Under the pieces are notes generated by a model, which did not search any database, was not told the origin of the DNA, and was given only the letters and a program-made list of their open reading frames with translations. A DNA stretch of 64,000 nucleotides from contig JBAZJG010000008.1 in NCBI GenBank assembly GCA_041651455.1, positions 283-64,282 of the forward strand. The letters run 5' to 3'. The position numbers were made by a program, and so were the translations under genes. This stretch comes from Candidatus Omnitrophota bacterium (GTDB lineage: Bacteria; Omnitrophota; Gorgyraeia; Pluralincolimonadales; Pluralincolimonadaceae). Positions 62,028 to 64,000 of this stretch are shown one piece after another (the stretch's first letter is position 1; the number at the start of each line of letters is the position of its first letter).

Positions 62028-62827
62028 TTTTTCCTTTTCCGTCCGGCCGATTTCAGCCATGTATAATAGCCCGACACCTTGAGCCTGAACTCGAGCATGT
62101 TGGCCCTGCTTGTCTCTATCTTTATGCGTTTCAGCGCGAACCTGTCCAATCTCACCGAGCCGTCGCGCAGCGTCGTCATGAAAGCGGTCCTGTATCCGGC
62201 GCGTTTCAGCATATCGTCGCGGCAGGCGCCGCGCTCGCCGAACGGGTAGCAGAACGCCGTCACTTTCCTGCCGGTCACTTCCTCTATTATCTTTTTTGAA
62301 TGCAGCAGCTCGTTCTCGATCGCCCGTTCCGGGGCATCCTTGAAATTTAGGTGCGACCTCGTATGGCTGCCGAAATCTATCCCCGCCGAAGACATCTTCC
62401 TTATCTGCGTTACGGTCAGGTACCCGCCCCTGCCTATACAATCCGATATCATGAAGACCGTAGCCGGTATACCGTATTCCTTCAGTATCGGGAAAGCATT
62501 CAGGTAATTGTTAGCGTTGCCGTCGTCGAATGTGACCGCGACGGTATTCCTCGGCACTTTTCCCCCGCTTTCCAGGATATCCGCGAGCGCGTCCAGTGAT
62601 ACGATATTGTACTTATGTTCCCTGAGGAACCTCATCTGTTCCCTGAACTGCGCGCCGGTGACATACATGGCGTTGCCCGCGGGAAGGTCCTCTACGTTAT
62701 GGTACATAAGTATCGGCGGATAAAATTTCGTCTCGAGAAAGAGCATTGCCCCGGTTGCCGCGAGGGCCAATACTGATACGGCTATAAGCAAGCGAAAGCG
62801 CGGCCGGTTATTTTTTGCCGGTCTCAT
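62024..62827 (-). CDS. Polysaccharide deacetylase (NodB-homology, CE4) with an N-terminal membrane anchor
   Basis: Likely start MRPAKNNRPRFRLLIAVSVLALAATGAMLF. TFDDG motif, and conserved His and Asp residues of the CE4 family. Confidence 0.75.
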   Translation of the reverse strand: MRPAKNNRPRFRLLIAVSVLALAATGAMLFLETKFYPPILMYHNVEDLPAGNAMYVTGAQFREQMRFLREHKYNIVSLDALADILESGGKVPRNTVAVTFDDGNANNYLNAFPILKEYGIPATVFMISDCIGRGGYLTVTQIRKMSSAGIDFGSHTRSHLNFKDAPERAIENELLHSKKIIEEVTGRKVTAFCYPFGERGACRDDMLKRAGYRTAFMTTLRDGSVRLDRFALKRIKIETSRANMLEFRLKVSGYYTWLKSAGRKRKK

Positions 62828-63917
62828 CCAGCGCCTCTTTATATACTTCAAGCGTTTGCCTTGCCATGCGTTCCGCGGAAAATTTTTCCGCAGCATACTT
62901 TCTCGCGGCAGCCGCTATGCGCCCCGCCAGCGCCTTGTCGCCGAGCAGGCGGCATATCGCTTCGGCAAGCGAGGCGGCGTCGCACGGCTCGACGAGCACG
63001 CCCAATTCCCCGTCATCCAGCATCTCCTTGAAACCGCCGACTCCCGTGGATACGACCGGGACTCCCATCAGCATCGCTTCCGCGATCGCAAGCCCGAACC
63101 CTTCCTGCAGCCCGGGCCTAGCGAATACATCCATTATAGCAAGAAATTCGCGCGCGTTTAAGGTGTTTCCGAAGAAGCGGACCGAGTCCCCGAGGCCCAG
63201 GACTTCGGCCTTCTTCCTGAGGTCCTTCTCAAGGCGGCCCTCTCCGATTATAAGCAGCTGCGCTCCGGGGAACCTTGCCGATATTTCCCCGAAAGCATCT
63301 ATCAGCACCGCGTGCCCCTTCTCCCCGGAAAGCCTTGATATGATGCCCACTACCGGGCCGCCGCCCAATCCGTATTTCTCCCTTATGCCCTTCTTCTCTC
63401 CGGGGGTATACTCCACGCTGAACTTGTCCGTCTCGACGCCGTTGGGCACGAGCCGCAGGCCTTTCTCTTTCCTGCCGAACGCATCCTTCAGGTTCTCGTA
63501 TACCGGCTTGCTTATCGCTATCGTCTTTACTCCCCAGAACGGGAACGCCTTGCGCAGGAGATGCGGCCTGAAGAACCCGTGCCAGGTCGCCACATACGGT
63601 ACGCCCGTCAACGCGGACAACAGGTGCGCCGCCGCCTGCGATACCCTCGTCTGGGCATGTACTATATCTATTTTCTCTTTCTTTACAGTCGCGCGCAATT
63701 TAAAAGCGGACGCTAGGACCTTGGGGCTTAATACCGATTTCGTGTTGAGGGGCGCGTCCAGTTTTACGATACCCGGCGCGAGCTCTCCCGCGAGGCCTCC
63801 ACCAGAGGACGCGACGAATACGCGGTTGCCCGCGGCCTGAAGGCGGTTCGCGAGCGTCACCGTATATACGCCGACGCCTCCCATCCTCATATGCGTGGTA
63901 ACCAGGAGTATGTTCAT
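62808..63917 (-). CDS. Glycosyltransferase family 4 (GT-B, GT1 superfamily)
   Basis: Real start MNILLVTTH at 63917, with an ATGA overlap onto the upstream gene stop. C-terminal EGFGLAIAEAMLMGVPVV (EX7E motif). Confidence 0.8.
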   Translation of the reverse strand: MNILLVTTHMRMGGVGVYTVTLANRLQAAGNRVFVASSGGGLAGELAPGIVKLDAPLNTKSVLSPKVLASAFKLRATVKKEKIDIVHAQTRVSQAAAHLLSALTGVPYVATWHGFFRPHLLRKAFPFWGVKTIAISKPVYENLKDAFGRKEKGLRLVPNGVETDKFSVEYTPGEKKGIREKYGLGGGPVVGIISRLSGEKGHAVLIDAFGEISARFPGAQLLIIGEGRLEKDLRKKAEVLGLGDSVRFFGNTLNAREFLAIMDVFARPGLQEGFGLAIAEAMLMGVPVVSTGVGGFKEMLDDGELGVLVEPCDAASLAEAICRLLGDKALAGRIAAAARKYAAEKFSAERMARQTLEVYKEALDETGKK

Positions 63918-64000
63918 CGGGCCGCCAAAAGTTTTTCTATCGCCTTCATGACGTCTTCCACCTCTATCTCCCGCATGCACCTTATATCCGAACATACCGG
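63914..64000 (-). CDS. C-terminal fragment of an upstream gene (unknown), truncated by the window edge
   Basis: The frame ending ...REIEVEDVMKAIEKLLAAR* has its TGA overlapping the GT4 ATG. It is too short to assign. Confidence 0.3.
   Translation of the reverse strand, partial: PVCSDIRCMREIEVEDVMKAIEKLLAAR

Noticed and set aside
62060-62441. N-terminal 127 aa of the 477-aa ORF track entry for the third heptosyltransferase
   Set aside because: The segment is Arg-rich and overlaps the deacetylase gene out of frame. GT9 homology begins only after the internal start, so the gene is reported as 61008..62027.

Overview
This 64-kb window comes from a moderately high-GC, diderm (LPS-making) bacterium. 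Core genes run about 55-60% GC, and every credible gene lies on the minus strand. Most plus-strand ORFs in the track are antisense artefacts of GC-rich coding DNA.

Core content, left to right:
- scpB (partial), scpA, trpS
- rimP-nusA-infB, with a promoter and an intrinsic-terminator-like leader hairpin
- proS, ispG, rseP, dxr, cdsA, uppS
- a GH57 / DUF4912 glycan pair
- an OmpA-like lipoprotein, a peptidoglycan-binding protein and an acidic secreted protein
- a DUF47 protein and an H+-pyrophosphatase
- purA, serA, a class-V aminotransferase and an RcnA-like metal exporter
- lon, clpP, tig (no clpX); hpf, lptB (no rpoN); an LptA/LptC-like protein; lpxL
- a type IV pilus / T2SS-like cluster: ATPase, platform protein, four pseudopilins including a GspK-like one, a PilM-PilN fusion, PilO and a PilP-like protein, with no secretin in the window
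- an LPS inner-core cluster: kdsC, kdsD, kdsA, pyrG, kdsB, a heptose kinase, an epimerase, three tandem GT9 heptosyltransferases, a polysaccharide deacetylase and a GT4

Between the rimP operon and proS sits a roughly 9.9-kb compositionally foreign island (7975-17831) with two parts:
- A 45-50% GC block: a BrnT/BrnA toxin-antitoxin pair; a translationally coupled operon of TPR protein, large membrane-anchored coiled-coil protein, PEP-CTERM protein and secreted protein; an alpha/beta hydrolase; an HNH nuclease. The large coiled-coil protein is a lower-GC paralog of the native copy next to rimP.
- A roughly 33% GC block: an AIPR-like abortive-infection protein, a 75-aa ORF and an unrecognised 2-TM membrane protein.

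The 33% GC block together with the adjacent HNH nuclease is the best candidate for a previously undescribed defence system. No tRNA, rRNA, CRISPR array, integrase or transposase was found.
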